Assembly: GCA_028023455.1 (NCBI GenBank)
Contig: JAQFVV010000002.1
Location: 28,954,001 to 29,018,000 of the forward strand
Origin: Epiperipatus broadwayi
Lineage: Eukaryota > Animalia > Onychophora
Length of the DNA stretch: 64,000 nt
Direction: 5' to 3'
Under the pieces are notes generated by a model that worked only from the letters and a program-made list of their open reading frames with translations, had not been told where the DNA came from and searched no databases. The position numbers and the translations under genes were made by a program. Positions 63,336-64,000 of this stretch are shown here, one piece after another. Each line of letters starts with the position of its first letter. Position 1 is the first letter of the stretch.

Positions 63336-64000
63336 CTTTAACAAAATGAATATAAAATAGAATATTATCAACTTATCAACATTTAAATTTAAAAATTTTA
63401 ACTTAACACAATCAACAGTAAATATATTAGAATGACAAAATTTCAATCCATCAAAATTTTGATTCACTTTTATCTTTTTCAATAAAAACAAATATCAACA
63501 TTTGTAACAAACAATTTTTTAAAAAAAAAAGAAAAATCAATATAGATAGAACATGTTAAAGAAAGAATAACAAACACAATAATCTTCTTTAATTTTATAA
63601 AACACTTAAACGTATAAAATATATTGAATCTTCTAACCATAAACGTAAAAAATGAAAAACTTTATTTCTTATCAGAAAAAAAATATTTAAGATTTCCTAA
63701 ACCAAAAAAAATTCATTAATATTTTTTAATATATCAACAAATAGATATATGTTTTCAATATCTAAATTACCAAAAACACAGTCATCCTCTAAACAAAAAG
63801 TTAGTTTATTAAAAACCTCAAAAAAATAATCTATACAAAATTGACCAAAACAGACATCATTTTTAAAAAATTATTAAAAATTTTCAAATTTTACCCACTA
63901 TTCCCTCGTATAAAATTTCGGCATTGTTGTTATGTTAAGAGTCCAAGGTTGAATTTCATAAATAAAAACTGGTAAAATAAGTTTATTGAAACCTTTTTTT

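Noticed and set aside
1-64000. Autonomous Penelope RT / GIY-YIG ORF
   Set aside because: Looked for in the ORF track and around hammerhead repeats; no convincing motifs seen.

Overview
Very AT-rich, repeat-dense eukaryotic DNA, probably from an invertebrate animal (inferred from the LINE types). No intact protein-coding gene can be identified, and almost all listed ORFs are chance ORFs or transposon remnants. The main signal is RNA-level. A dispersed ~420-470 bp, circularly permuted repeat (family 1) carries a minimal type I hammerhead ribozyme motif: UCCUCA-CUGAUGA-AGGC-CACAA-GCCA-GAA-ACUAGU-C^UGGGGA. About 15 motif copies are present, 8 with an intact catalytic core, and compensatory changes occur in all three helices. 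It appears in partial tandems and in about a dozen fold-back palindromes that share one polarity, some with target-site duplications. Two unrelated repeats (families 2 and 3) carry their own hammerhead motifs. This is the architecture known for Penelope-like element pseudo-LTRs and retrozymes; no Penelope RT or GIY-YIG ORF was found. The window also contains a decayed 6.3-kb LINE (PHD plus SGNH esterase ORF1; APE-RT-CCHC ORF2), many RTE fragments, a Tx1/L1 fragment, a tRNA-Gly(TCC)-derived pseudogene, a 75-bp minisatellite, CTCF-like motifs, an old tandem array of multi-kb segmental duplicates, and stretches that look like unpolished sequence.
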